A stretch of DNA of 64,000 bases from Eubacteriales bacterium (GTDB lineage Bacteria; Bacillota; Clostridia; Christensenellales; CAG-917), in the NCBI GenBank assembly GCA_035449045.1, contig DAOTKC010000005.1, positions 1,596-65,595 of the forward strand, given 5' to 3'. How positions within the stretch are numbered: position 1 is the stretch's first letter; every line of letters starts with the position of its first letter. Positions 54,254 through 63,842 of the stretch are shown piece after piece. Both the position numbers and the translations under genes were made by a program. Below the pieces are notes generated by a model. That model saw nothing but the letters and a program-made list of their open reading frames with translations. It searched no databases and was not told the origin of the DNA.

Positions 54254-56392
54254 TTATCTGGAAACCTCGAGCACTCCCGACAGGCTTTTCAGTTTATTCA
54301 GAAGCTCATTAAGCTCATCGGTGTTTTTTATTTCAACCGAAAGCTGGATGATGCCCGTGTCGTTGTCGTGATTAAGGCGAAGGCTGGCTGCGACAATGGG
54401 AATTCTCTTATTGGAAATGCAGGTGGTGACTTCGGCTAAAATGCCCGTCTTGTTTTCGACGACAACCTTGACGTTGGCGACATATTTCTGAAGCTCGGTA
54501 TAGTCCCAATCCGCTTCGATGAGCCGTTCGGGCTCCATCGTTTTGACATTGGGACAGTCGGTTTTATGCACCGACACGCCGCGGCCGCGCGAAACATAGC
54601 CGATGATGGCGTCGCCCGGCACGGGATTGCAGCAATGCGACAGCTTGACGCCGAAATCGTCAAAGCCCCTTATCAATATTCCGCCCGCGTTGCGCTTGGG
54701 ACGGGATACGGCGACGGTGCTTAGGATTTCGTCGCTCTTTTCGCTCGTCTTTTTGAAGAACTCCATGGCGCGCGTCAGCACGGCAAGAATGGTGAATTCG
54801 CCGTAGCCTACGGCGGCGTAAATGTCCTCTATCGAGTTGTAGCTGTATTTGCTGAAAACATACTCAAGCCAGGCCGGCGTCACTATGTCGGCGAAGTTGT
54901 AGCCGCGCCGCTTGGCTTCGCGCTCCAGCATATCACGGCCGCGCGCGATGTTGTCCTCGCGCATTTCCTTTTTGAAATACTGCTTGATTTTCTGGCGCGC
55001 CGAAGAGGTCTTGACAATCTTGAGCCAGTCGCGCGAAGGGCCTTTGCTTGCGCCCGAAGTGATGATTTCTACGATGTCGCCCGTCTTTAAAATGGTGGAG
55101 AGCGGCATTATTTTTTTGTTGATTTTGACGCCGACGCACTTATTTCCGACTTCGCTGTGAATGGAATAGGCAAAGTCGATGGCGGTTGAGCCTATCGGCA
55201 GGTTGTAGACGTCGCCCTTGGGCGAAAACACGAAGACGTCCTCTTTGAATATGTCGATTTTGAGGAAATTGAGAAAGTCGAGAGGCTCAATCATATTCTT
55301 TTGATTGTCGATGACCTCTCTTATCCAGCTGATTTTTTTATCTAAATCGGTTTCGACGCCGAGCGTGCCCTCTTTGTATTTGTAATGCGCAGCCACGCCG
55401 TATTCCGCCACCTTGTGCATCTCGTAGGTTCGGATTTGTATCTCAAAAGTATCGCCCGTTTCGGTGACCACCGTCGTATGCAACGACTGGTAGTTGTTGG
55501 GCTTGGGCATGGTTATGTAGTCCTTAATGCGGTCGGGGATGGGCTTCCACATCTTGTGAACGGTGCCGAGCAGGGTGTAGCACTCGTCGATGGTGGGCAC
55601 GATTATCCTGACCGCGATAAGGTCGTAAATCTGGTCGATGTTCACGCCGAGATTTTTTATTTTTTTATAGATGCTGAAAATGTGCTTTACGCGGCCGTTG
55701 ACCTCGCCCTTTATCCCGATTTCTTTGAGCTTTTCGGAGATGACGGCGCAAAGGTTGTCGACGGCGTTCTTTCTTTCGACTTTGGTATCTCTTAAGTAAT
55801 CGGTTATTTCCTTATACTCCTTGGGATAGAGATACATCATCGCGGTGTCTTCGAGCTCGCATTTAAAGTAAGAGATTCCCAGCCTGCCCGCCAGCGCGGC
55901 GTAGATTTCCAGCGTTTCTTTGGCAATCTGCTGCTGCTTTTCGGGGGGACGGAAAGAGAGCGACCGCATATTGTGGAGCCTGTCGGCAAGCTTAATCAAA
56001 ATTATGCGAAGGTCCTTGGTCATGGCGAGGAACATCTTTCTGATGTTCTCGGCACGCTGGTCCTCCTGCGATATATAGACGATTTGAGCAAGCTTGGTAA
56101 CGCCTTTTACCAGCTCTAAAATCTCGGGCCCGAAAGTGCGGTTTATCTCCTCCTCGGTGACTTTGGTATCCTCCAAAACGTCGTGAAGAATGGCTGCGAC
56201 GATGGTGGGGACGTCGGCTCCGAAATCGGTCAAAATGTCGGCGACGGCGCAAGGATGAATAAAATAATCCTCGCCCGACAGCCGTTTTTGACCGGCGTGG
56301 GCGCGCTCGGCAAAATCGAACGCCTTCATAATGGTGTCGATTCCGGTGGGGAACGCCGCGTGAAGTTTTTGTTTTAGAGCCTGGTAATCCAT
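54254..56392 (-). CDS. relA: Bifunctional (p)ppGpp synthetase/hydrolase (RelA/SpoT homolog)
   Basis: HD domain (HPCAVADIL...LHDVLEDT), synthetase domain, TGS and ACT. I place the start at the ATG at 56392 (MDYQALKQ), because the track N-terminal extension looks non-coding. Confidence 0.93.
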   Translation of the reverse strand: MDYQALKQKLHAAFPTGIDTIMKAFDFAERAHAGQKRLSGEDYFIHPCAVADILTDFGADVPTIVAAILHDVLEDTKVTEEEINRTFGPEILELVKGVTKLAQIVYISQEDQRAENIRKMFLAMTKDLRIILIKLADRLHNMRSLSFRPPEKQQQIAKETLEIYAALAGRLGISYFKCELEDTAMMYLYPKEYKEITDYLRDTKVERKNAVDNLCAVISEKLKEIGIKGEVNGRVKHIFSIYKKIKNLGVNIDQIYDLIAVRIIVPTIDECYTLLGTVHKMWKPIPDRIKDYITMPKPNNYQSLHTTVVTETGDTFEIQIRTYEMHKVAEYGVAAHYKYKEGTLGVETDLDKKISWIREVIDNQKNMIEPLDFLNFLKIDIFKEDVFVFSPKGDVYNLPIGSTAIDFAYSIHSEVGNKCVGVKINKKIMPLSTILKTGDIVEIITSGASKGPSRDWLKIVKTSSARQKIKQYFKKEMREDNIARGRDMLEREAKRRGYNFADIVTPAWLEYVFSKYSYNSIEDIYAAVGYGEFTILAVLTRAMEFFKKTSEKSDEILSTVAVSRPKRNAGGILIRGFDDFGVKLSHCCNPVPGDAIIGYVSRGRGVSVHKTDCPNVKTMEPERLIEADWDYTELQKYVANVKVVVENKTGILAEVTTCISNKRIPIVAASLRLNHDNDTGIIQLSVEIKNTDELNELLNKLKSLSGVLEVSR

Positions 56393-56401
56393 ATACGCAT
56401 A

Positions 56402-56430
56402 ATTATACCCAAAATCTAATCGATAATCAA
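56402..56430 (-). promoter_or_regulatory. Near-consensus sigma-A promoter directly abutting the relA start codon
   Basis: The minus strand reads TTGATT-N17-TATAAT, with the -10 ending 9 nt before the relA ATG and no SD between them. Confidence 0.4.
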
Positions 56431-56692
56431 TCAATAAAACAAAAGATTTTTTATGTCCGAGATGAAAAATCCTAAAAAACCACAAGACCTTGGGGCGGAG
56501 TTGAAAAATCGGGCTAAGTCTAGGCGTATGATTAAAATTAATAGCCTTGAAAATCTCAAAAAGCCGTTATCAAATTAATAACTAATTGCGGATTATCATG
56601 AAAAAATATTTAATGAGGCTATGACCAAATAGTGTTGTAAACTGTAATTCTAAGTTTTTAAGAATTGGATTAAATTAATATCATTCCGGCAA

Positions 56693-59104
56693 TTAGCCGA
56701 GGCTTTGCAGATTATTGAAAACGGCGCTGTCGGTGAGATTGACCTTCTTGGGATTTACCGCTATTTTTCCGCGCTCTAGCTTGACAAGCCCCAGCTCTTT
56801 AAAGACGGCAAGCACGGCGGCAAATGCGACGGCATTATAGCCGCTCCTTTTCATATATTTTTGAAGGGCGGAAAACGGCGTATTTGGGGAGTGGAAAGAG
56901 CGCATGTCTACGTAAAATCCCTTTAAAAAATTTTTGTCGACGCCCTCAAAGCGCGAGAAATAACGCTTGTCGTCTATAACATGGATTTCCGAATAAAGGC
57001 TTTTTTCTATGACGGAATTAAGCCATGCCGAACTCAACGGTTTTTCTAAAAGGATTACGGTTTTGAAGTAGCTCCCGAGGCTTTGGGGCGCCAAAATCAG
57101 CGTGTTTTCGGGGTTTTCACCGGGCTGCGCGCCCAAACAGAAGTTTTGAACAAGCTCTCCGTGCTTTTTTAAAAATCCGCGGGCAACATCGGGCGAAAAA
57201 GCGACGTAAAGCGTGCCGAAGGCGCCGCCCTTCCCAACTTTTTCAATCACCTCTTCAGCTTCGTTTGAAAAATGATGTATCATCCGTCTTTGGGCGTTTT
57301 CGGACACGCCAGCCGAAATATTTCCGTCTTTTTCCTTGCTTTTTTGTTCGGCTTCATTCCAAACCGCGGCGGCGGCAAATTCCGAAACTGCCTGCCCGCT
57401 AGGATTTTTAACTTTCAGCTGTTCGACGTTTAAAGCAAGAATTTCGTCGTCAGCCAGGCTCGCCTCAATTAAGCGGAATTCCTCGATAATTGCCTGCGAA
57501 TAGTCGCGGTTTATGTAGACGCTCTTTTGAATCGAAACGATAATTTGAGAGACACAGGCGAGCGCGGGCGCGGCGGTTTCAAAATTGAAGCCCACTATTT
57601 CAAAGTCGCCGCTCCGGTGCTTGATATGACGCGTGTCGCCTATTTTTGAAAAGCTCAAGCCCTCCGACTCTAATAAAAAGCGCGGTTTGGGATTACCCTC
57701 GCCCGTCGGCTCCAGCCTTTCCAGTTCTTTGGCAAAACTCACCGAGCGCATTTCCGAAGTTAAAACCAAATCGTAGGCAGGTTTCCTAACAAACGCCTTT
57801 TCGCCGTATTTTTCTCTTATGCATGAGTTGATTCCCTCTTTAAAGCTATCCAAGTTTTCATAGGGCACGGTAAGGCCGGCGGCGCGGCTGTGCCCGCCGA
57901 AGCTCGTATAAAGCTGTGAAAATGCGGAAAGCGCCTCGAATATGTCCACTACAGCACCGCTTCGCGCCGAGCCCTTGTAGCCGTCTTTGGTTTTTGAAAA
58001 TAGGACGGCGGGGCGGTTGAAAGTCTCGGCGATTTTGGCGGCGGCTATGCCGAGCACGCCTACTTCCCAGCTCTCGTCGGCAAGCACAATGAAAAACTCG
58101 CGCGAAAAATCGCGGCCTTTTAACTTTTCCATTGCCTCGGCGATTATGCGGCTGCATTTGTTTTGCCGCTCGGCGTTGTCGGCGGCAAGCTCGGACGCAA
58201 GGCATTCGAGCATGAAATGATCATCGGAAAGAAAGATGTCGACGGCCTTCATGGCGCTACTTACTCTGCCCGCCGCGTTGACACGCGGTGCCAGCCTGAA
58301 AGCTATATCGTTCGCGGTAACGCCCCCGCGCTTTCCCAAAAGAAGCTCAATGCCCTTTCTCGGCGCGGCGTTGATGGCTTTTAAGCCGAGTGCGGCGATA
58401 ATTCGGTTTTGGTCGGTCAGGCTCACTATGTCGGCTATCGTCGCCACCGCCGCTAGGTCTATATATTTGAGCGCCTCGCGCCTTCCGCCCAGCGCCTCGA
58501 CAAGCTTAAACGCTATTCCCGCGCCCGCGTAATCGGAAAAGCACCCGTTGCCGAGCTTGGGCGAGATAATTATGGCGTCGGGAAGCTGTTGCGGCTCGTG
58601 GTGGTCGGTAATAATGACGTCAACGCCGCGGCTCTTCAAAAAAGAGACTTCCTTTTTGGCGGTAATTCCGGTGTCGACGGTAACAACCAAATCGGGCTTG
58701 TCGCGCTCCAAAATCTCCTCAAGCGCCGTTATGTTCATGCCGTAGCCTTCGCTGTTGCGGTCGGGGATATAGTGGGAAAGCCCATTAATTTTATCTTTGA
58801 GATAGAGCGTTAAAATGGCGATGGCGGCAATTCCGTCACAGTCGTAGTCGCCGTAAATTAAGACCTTTTCGCGACGCTCAATAGCTTTTTTCAAGCGCTC
58901 AACACCCGCCGACATTCCGTTAATTTGGAAAGGGTCTTCCAGATGCTCGGCCGAGGGATTTAAAAACGTTTCGGCGGCGGCCTTATCCTTTATTCCCCGC
59001 ATCACCAAAAGCTCGGCAAAAGGCAACGAGCACTTGAGCGCGAGGGAAAGTTCGCGCGTAAGTTCGGAGTTATCGGATTTTTTTAAACCTTGGGAAAATG
59101 TCAA
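56693..59104 (-). CDS. recJ: Single-stranded-DNA-specific exonuclease RecJ
   Basis: 803 aa with DHH motifs (YGDYDCDGI, TVDTG, ITDHH) and DHHA1 (GGHSRAAG). Confidence 0.92.
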   Translation of the reverse strand: MTFSQGLKKSDNSELTRELSLALKCSLPFAELLVMRGIKDKAAAETFLNPSAEHLEDPFQINGMSAGVERLKKAIERREKVLIYGDYDCDGIAAIAILTLYLKDKINGLSHYIPDRNSEGYGMNITALEEILERDKPDLVVTVDTGITAKKEVSFLKSRGVDVIITDHHEPQQLPDAIIISPKLGNGCFSDYAGAGIAFKLVEALGGRREALKYIDLAAVATIADIVSLTDQNRIIAALGLKAINAAPRKGIELLLGKRGGVTANDIAFRLAPRVNAAGRVSSAMKAVDIFLSDDHFMLECLASELAADNAERQNKCSRIIAEAMEKLKGRDFSREFFIVLADESWEVGVLGIAAAKIAETFNRPAVLFSKTKDGYKGSARSGAVVDIFEALSAFSQLYTSFGGHSRAAGLTVPYENLDSFKEGINSCIREKYGEKAFVRKPAYDLVLTSEMRSVSFAKELERLEPTGEGNPKPRFLLESEGLSFSKIGDTRHIKHRSGDFEIVGFNFETAAPALACVSQIIVSIQKSVYINRDYSQAIIEEFRLIEASLADDEILALNVEQLKVKNPSGQAVSEFAAAAVWNEAEQKSKEKDGNISAGVSENAQRRMIHHFSNEAEEVIEKVGKGGAFGTLYVAFSPDVARGFLKKHGELVQNFCLGAQPGENPENTLILAPQSLGSYFKTVILLEKPLSSAWLNSVIEKSLYSEIHVIDDKRYFSRFEGVDKNFLKGFYVDMRSFHSPNTPFSALQKYMKRSGYNAVAFAAVLAVFKELGLVKLERGKIAVNPKKVNLTDSAVFNNLQSLG

Positions 59105-59141
59105 GGCCTCACCTCGGCAAAATAAACGCCGGAAATAAAAA

Positions 59142-59175
59142 AGCCTTTTCCCCGCCTTGCGATGGAGAAAAGGCT
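59142..59175 (-). terminator. Rho-independent terminator downstream of secF
   Basis: AGCCTTTTC-N16-GAAAAGGCT, followed on the minus strand by TTTTTATTTCC. Confidence 0.7.
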
Positions 59176-59185
59176 TCTAATTTCT

Positions 59186-60334
59186 TTATTTCTTCTTGTT
59201 CTTTTTGTGATATTTGTTGGAGTAGACGTTCTTTTGGGACTTCTTTGCGGCTGTCGACTCTGCCTTTTCTTCAACCGTTTCGGACGCCGGCTCTTCCGCC
59301 TTGGCGGCGGCTGCCGCGGGATTCTTTTTGAGCATGCGCTTTTCGTAGGAGCGGTCGGAAAGCCTCATTAACCTGCACCACAGCGGCACCGAAATAAAGG
59401 TCGCCGAGTAGACGGACGCGACGATGCCGATAATGAGCTGAACGGTGAAGTCGCGTATTGCGACAATTCCCACCAGCGCAAGCACAAAGACGGTGGCAAA
59501 GGTGGCGAGGCCGCCGAAAACCGAGTTGGTGAAGGTGGCGCGGACGGCGCGGTCGCCCAGCTCCTCGTAATTTAAGTTGCGCTCGCCCTTGAAAGGCTTT
59601 TTGAACTCGCGCAAGCGGTCGAACACCACCACCGAGTTAATGAGCGAAAACACCAAGACTGCGAAGACGGCGGCGATGAAGAAGCCTCCGACCTGAAGGC
59701 GCGTCATCACGGTGATGGCGAACATAATGAGCGCGTCGTGGAGCATGGTTATGATGGCGGCGAGCCCGCTCATTAAGTCGAACCTTATCGCGATATAAAT
59801 GAAAATCAAAACGGTGGATATGCCGATGGCAAGCAGCGCGCGGTTGATGAGCTGCTGGCTCGACGTTGCCGAAATAGACTCGTAGTTGACAAAGCTCTCG
59901 TTGCCCGCTCTGTCGGGATAGAGTGCGGCTACGGCGGCACGGATGCGGTCGTTGGTGGCGGCGGTTTCGGCGTCGTCCTTGGTCTTGTTCTTATAGCGGA
60001 AGTCGATGGCGTAGTTCTCCTCGTCGGAGGCCTGACGGGTTTGGACGATGGCGACCTTGACGCCCTCTTTTTCAATTTCCTTCCTAATCAAAAGCTCGTG
60101 GTAAGCGTAGTTTTTATCGATTTCGGTCTTGCCCAGCCTGACGGAGAGGATGGTGCCGCCTTGGAAGTCGATACCGGCGTTGACGCCCTCGGAAAGGTCG
60201 CCCTTGACGCCGCCGACGATAAAGAAGGTAGCGAGCCCTGCGACTATGATAATGAGGGAGATTGCGAAAAATATGCGCCATTTGGCGGAAATGGGAGCGG
60301 TGCTTACCGATTTCAAAAAGGCGTTAGTCTTCAT
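59186..60334 (-). CDS. secF: Protein translocase subunit SecF (with Lys/Ala-rich C-terminal extension)
   Basis: 382 aa with a SecF core (GIDFQGGT, six TM helices), followed by a ~60-aa tail ending KKSQKNVYSNKYHKKNKKK. Confidence 0.9.
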   Translation of the reverse strand: MKTNAFLKSVSTAPISAKWRIFFAISLIIIVAGLATFFIVGGVKGDLSEGVNAGIDFQGGTILSVRLGKTEIDKNYAYHELLIRKEIEKEGVKVAIVQTRQASDEENYAIDFRYKNKTKDDAETAATNDRIRAAVAALYPDRAGNESFVNYESISATSSQQLINRALLAIGISTVLIFIYIAIRFDLMSGLAAIITMLHDALIMFAITVMTRLQVGGFFIAAVFAVLVFSLINSVVVFDRLREFKKPFKGERNLNYEELGDRAVRATFTNSVFGGLATFATVFVLALVGIVAIRDFTVQLIIGIVASVYSATFISVPLWCRLMRLSDRSYEKRMLKKNPAAAAAKAEEPASETVEEKAESTAAKKSQKNVYSNKYHKKNKKK

Positions 60335-61610
60335 CAGTGACCACCTCCGCTTTCTTCAAATTGTAGAATTTGGGCTCGGCGCTGTTCCAAGGAAGCAGGC
60401 ATTTAATGAACAGCCTTGTTAGGAGCAGCGAGGTCAAAAGCGAGATGACCACGCTTATAATGAGCGTCATTGCGAAGCCCTGTATTGCGGCGTTGCCCGC
60501 GATGAGCAGCACCACGGCGGCAAGAAGCGCGACGACGTTGCCGTCGATTATGGGATTAAGCGCGCGCTTGAAGCCAACCTGTATCGAGGACGGAATGGCC
60601 TTGGATGTGTGCTTGAATTCATCTCTGATTCGCTCGAAAATGATGACGTGCGCAGACGCCGCCATTCCGACGCCGAGCAGCAAGCCCGCTATGCCGGGCA
60701 GCGTAATCTTGACCCACGGGAACACCGCGAAAAACCACAGCGCAACTAAGGCGTAGATGAGAAGCGCGATGTCGGCGGCCACGCCGAACATGCGGTAACG
60801 GACAGCCATGAACACCATGATTAAAAACAGCCCGACGCCGCCCGCAATTAAGGTGAGGTTGAGGGCCTTAGGTCCGAGCAAGGCGCTCGTCAGCCTGCTT
60901 TCGATGATTTGGAGGTCGACGCCGAACGCGCCCGACTGAATCTTTGTGGCAAGTTCATAGGCGGTTTCATAGTCATATCTTCCCGATATGACGGCGATGC
61001 CCGTCTTGTTGGGCTCGCTTATCGAAATGCCGCGCTCGCCCAGCGCGTTTTCGCCGTTGACGTAGATATATATTTTCTTGCCGCTGTATTCGGTGGTAAC
61101 GTCGGCAAACCGCTTGGTTCCTTCCTCGTTGAACTTAAGTCCTACCGCGTAGGCGCCGTTTCTGTCGGCGGTAACGTAGGCGGTTTCGAGGTCGCGCTTG
61201 CCTAAAATCAAAACCTCATAGTCGGAGCCCGTCGCGCTTCTGAATTCCAGCGTGGCGGGACGGCCGATGAGATTGAATATGCGGTCGGGATCGTCGACGT
61301 CGGGGACTTCGACTCTGATTTTTTGGTTCTGATAGGTGACTTGGGCGTCTTTATAGCCTTTGGAAATCAAGAGCGACTCTAAGCTCTTTATCGTTCCGTC
61401 GACTCTTGCCTTGAAATTTTCGCCGCCGTCGTTCGTAACGCGGAATTCGGCGACCGCTCCGCCCGACATATCCAGCCCCAGCTTGATTGTGCGGACAAAT
61501 CCGGTATAGTCGTAGAGGCCGGACTTAAATTCGATAAAGCCGAAAACGGACATTAGAATTATGAAGACCGCCGCAATCGCGAAAACCACGATAGACTTGG
61601 TTTTGTTCAC
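60324..61610 (-). CDS. secD: Protein translocase subunit SecD
   Basis: 428 aa with the GLDMSGG motif, a periplasmic domain and six TM helices. 11-nt overlap with secF. Confidence 0.92.
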   Translation of the reverse strand: MNKTKSIVVFAIAAVFIILMSVFGFIEFKSGLYDYTGFVRTIKLGLDMSGGAVAEFRVTNDGGENFKARVDGTIKSLESLLISKGYKDAQVTYQNQKIRVEVPDVDDPDRIFNLIGRPATLEFRSATGSDYEVLILGKRDLETAYVTADRNGAYAVGLKFNEEGTKRFADVTTEYSGKKIYIYVNGENALGERGISISEPNKTGIAVISGRYDYETAYELATKIQSGAFGVDLQIIESRLTSALLGPKALNLTLIAGGVGLFLIMVFMAVRYRMFGVAADIALLIYALVALWFFAVFPWVKITLPGIAGLLLGVGMAASAHVIIFERIRDEFKHTSKAIPSSIQVGFKRALNPIIDGNVVALLAAVVLLIAGNAAIQGFAMTLIISVVISLLTSLLLTRLFIKCLLPWNSAEPKFYNLKKAEVVTDED

Positions 61611-61780
61611 AGTTTTTTTGCCTCCTAAGTAGGTGTTAGGCTCTATATAATAGCATTACTGAAACATTATACATATATAAGCTAAATGCGTCAAACATTT
61701 TAGCTAAAATAAAAGGCGACCAAACGAAAAACGCATATCCAAAGCCTGTTTCGCATATCTTTTTTTGAAAGAGGTGTTCT

Positions 61781-62176
61781 ATGAGGGATAACGGCTTTTT
61801 AAAAGATTTGCTGGATGTTTTGAAATCGGTTTTGGTCGCGGTCATAATATCGCTTGTCTTAGTGCTCGCCTTCGCTCTCATCGTTAAGTGGGCGGGCATA
61901 CCCGAAAACGCCATCGTAATCGTCAACTACGTCATTAAGTTTTTATCGGTTCTCTTGGGCACAACGGCGGGTATTTCAAGAAAAAAGAACGGCGCCGTCA
62001 AGGGCGCGGTATCGGGCGCGCTCTACATCGCCCTCGCTTTCCTACTTTTCGCGGCGCTTACCGGCGGCTTTGCCGAGGCAAAGTTTTCATTCATTGACTT
62101 AGGCTGCGGAATCGCGGCGGGTGCGCTCGCGGGAATATTCGCCGTCAACGTAAAAAAGGAAAAGAAAGCGGCCTGA
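61781..62176 (+). CDS. Small 4-TM membrane protein (TIGR04086/YrzE-like)
   Basis: 131 aa, Gly/Ala-rich TM helices, good SD (AAGAGGTG). The family assignment is from memory of the pattern and is tentative. Confidence 0.55.
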   Translation: MRDNGFLKDLLDVLKSVLVAVIISLVLVLAFALIVKWAGIPENAIVIVNYVIKFLSVLLGTTAGISRKKNGAVKGAVSGALYIALAFLLFAALTGGFAEAKFSFIDLGCGIAAGALAGIFAVNVKKEKKAA

Positions 62177-62206
62177 CAGCCGCATTCAGGTTTAAAATCA
62201 CATCAA

Positions 62207-62288
62207 CCGTTTTTCGTTTTTCGTTTTTCGTTCGGCGCTTGCGCCGCCATCTTCAATTATTCGTTATTAATTATTAATTATTAATTAA
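62207..62288. repeat. Family 1 dispersed repeat (copy E)
   Basis: CCGTTTTTCGTTTTTCGTTTTTCGTTCGGCGCTTGCGCCGCCATCTTCAATTATTCGTTATTAATTATTAATTATTAATTAA. It is the reverse complement of copy A over about 60 nt. Confidence 0.85.
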
Positions 62289-63215
62289 CTATTGAAGCTC
62301 CGCCGCCGGTTCCGCCGCTACTTTGGGCGGTTTACTCTTTTTCGCCCGCGCGTAGTCGAACGCGGCGTTTACGGCTAGGCCGAGCAGCACCAGCGAAGCG
62401 CCGGCAAGGTTAACGAGCGAAAATTTGCGCGTCAGAAGATAATCCAAAAGTATGCCTGTGAACGCCTGTCCCGCGAACATCAAAAGCGTGCCGTAAAGCG
62501 AGGAAATCTTGCTGACGATTCGATTTGAAAGTATGACGATAACGACGCCGACGGAACCGCCCAAATAGAGATAGAAATCGCCGGGCGCGGCGGGCATGGC
62601 GACGGAACTTCCCAAAAGCCAAACAATAAGCACCGAGGCCGCCGACATCACCGAGCCGAAGGCATAATTTACGGCTGTGCTGAAATAGACGCTAGTTTCG
62701 TCGGCGAGCCGCGCGTTCATGGAGCGCGATACCACCGATACTATGCCCGTGCCGAAGGCAAAGACGACGGCGGACGCCGCCGAGATTTGCGTTTTTAAAA
62801 GTAGAACGACTATGCCGCCCGCGATGACGGCGAGCCCGATAAACTTTTCGGGTCTGAATTCTTTCTTTGGCATTTTGAAAAGGCCGAAGCGGTCGACGAA
62901 AACGGACATAATGCTTTGGCCGAGAAGGCCCAGCCCCAAAATAGCGGAGACGCTTATCTTTCCGAAGGCGAAATTGTTGAAAAGCACGAAGAAAAAGCCC
63001 ACAACACCGCCCGCGTAGGCAAGAACGGGCAGCTTGCTCTCGGGCTTGATGCGCGGCCGCCTTATCAAAAGGACGACTACGGCCGAGCCGAGCGCGACCA
63101 AGTTATAAATCATATTAGCAAAAAAGTCGCCGTATTTATCGGAAAGCGCGCCGTTGACGGGAATAAGCCCCGCCGAGAGCGCGCCAACCAAAACGGCAAA
63201 AATGACGTTCAGCAT
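62289..63215 (-). CDS. DMT-superfamily transporter (duplicated DUF606-like)
   Basis: 308 aa with 10 predicted TM helices in two homologous halves. Confidence 0.65.
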   Translation of the reverse strand: MLNVIFAVLVGALSAGLIPVNGALSDKYGDFFANMIYNLVALGSAVVVLLIRRPRIKPESKLPVLAYAGGVVGFFFVLFNNFAFGKISVSAILGLGLLGQSIMSVFVDRFGLFKMPKKEFRPEKFIGLAVIAGGIVVLLLKTQISAASAVVFAFGTGIVSVVSRSMNARLADETSVYFSTAVNYAFGSVMSAASVLIVWLLGSSVAMPAAPGDFYLYLGGSVGVVIVILSNRIVSKISSLYGTLLMFAGQAFTGILLDYLLTRKFSLVNLAGASLVLLGLAVNAAFDYARAKKSKPPKVAAEPAAELQ

Positions 63216-63300
63216 ATAAACTCCGAGCGCCTCTATTCTAGCACAAAACCCTAAAACCGTTGCTTTTTTTTACACTTTGGGGGAAATATTTTAGGAACAA

Positions 63301-63326
63301 AAAAAGCCCGAGGGTTTCGGGCTTTC
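63301..63326 (-). terminator. Rho-independent terminator downstream of yajC
   Basis: AAAGCCCGA-gggtt-TCGGGCTTT, followed on the minus strand by TTTTTTGTTCC. Confidence 0.8.
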
Positions 63327-63351
63327 TAGTTTGCGTTTTAAGCTGAAAAAC

Positions 63352-63723
63352 TTAGATTTTGTCGCCTTCGTCGGTGGTGTCGGTAACGCTTTCAACGGTC
63401 GTTTCCTCAACCTTTTCGGCTTGGAATTCCGCGACAGGAGCAGCGCTCGCTGTCAGAACCATTCCGACGGCGCCCTTATCGATGGTGATGAGGGTGGGGC
63501 TGTTTTCGGAGCCGACGTTGATGACAAGCTGGTTCTCGACGTTGTTGATGGCGACAATGGTGCCGACCATGCGGCCGATTGTCATAATCTTGGTGCCGAC
63601 GGCGAGATTTGCCATCATCTGGTCCATTTGCTTTTTTCTGCGGCGCTGGGGAATGATCGTCATCACTATCATGAGGACGAAGAAGGCGCCCAGAATTATT
63701 AACATTATATAATTGTTGTTCAT
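63352..63723 (-). CDS. yajC: Preprotein translocase subunit YajC
   Basis: 123 aa with one TM helix and the PQRRRKKQ...L..G.KI.T.GG-like core (LAVGTKIMTIGRMVGTIV). It lies between tgt and secD. Confidence 0.88.
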   Translation of the reverse strand: MNNNYIMLIILGAFFVLMIVMTIIPQRRRKKQMDQMMANLAVGTKIMTIGRMVGTIVAINNVENQLVINVGSENSPTLITIDKGAVGMVLTASAAPVAEFQAEKVEETTVESVTDTTDEGDKI

Positions 63724-63842
63724 TTTTTCTCCTTCGGGGAATTTAAAAATTCCTATATATTACGGATTTTTATTCTATACTATTTACTATTTTTTGGCAA
63801 GCGTATTTTTCAATTATTAATATTTGTCCGATTTTATGCTTT

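Noticed and set aside
61636-61926. 96-aa minus-strand ORF
   Set aside because: It overlaps the start of the better-supported plus-strand membrane protein (good SD) and the secD upstream spacer. Its sequence has no features.
62207-62235. Short tandem CGTTTTT repeats here, with similar runs at 51455..51475 and 30423..30447, considered as a CRISPR or minisatellite
   Set aside because: The units are 6-7 nt with no spacers of CRISPR size, and no cas genes are present. They are internal reiterations of the family 1 repeat.
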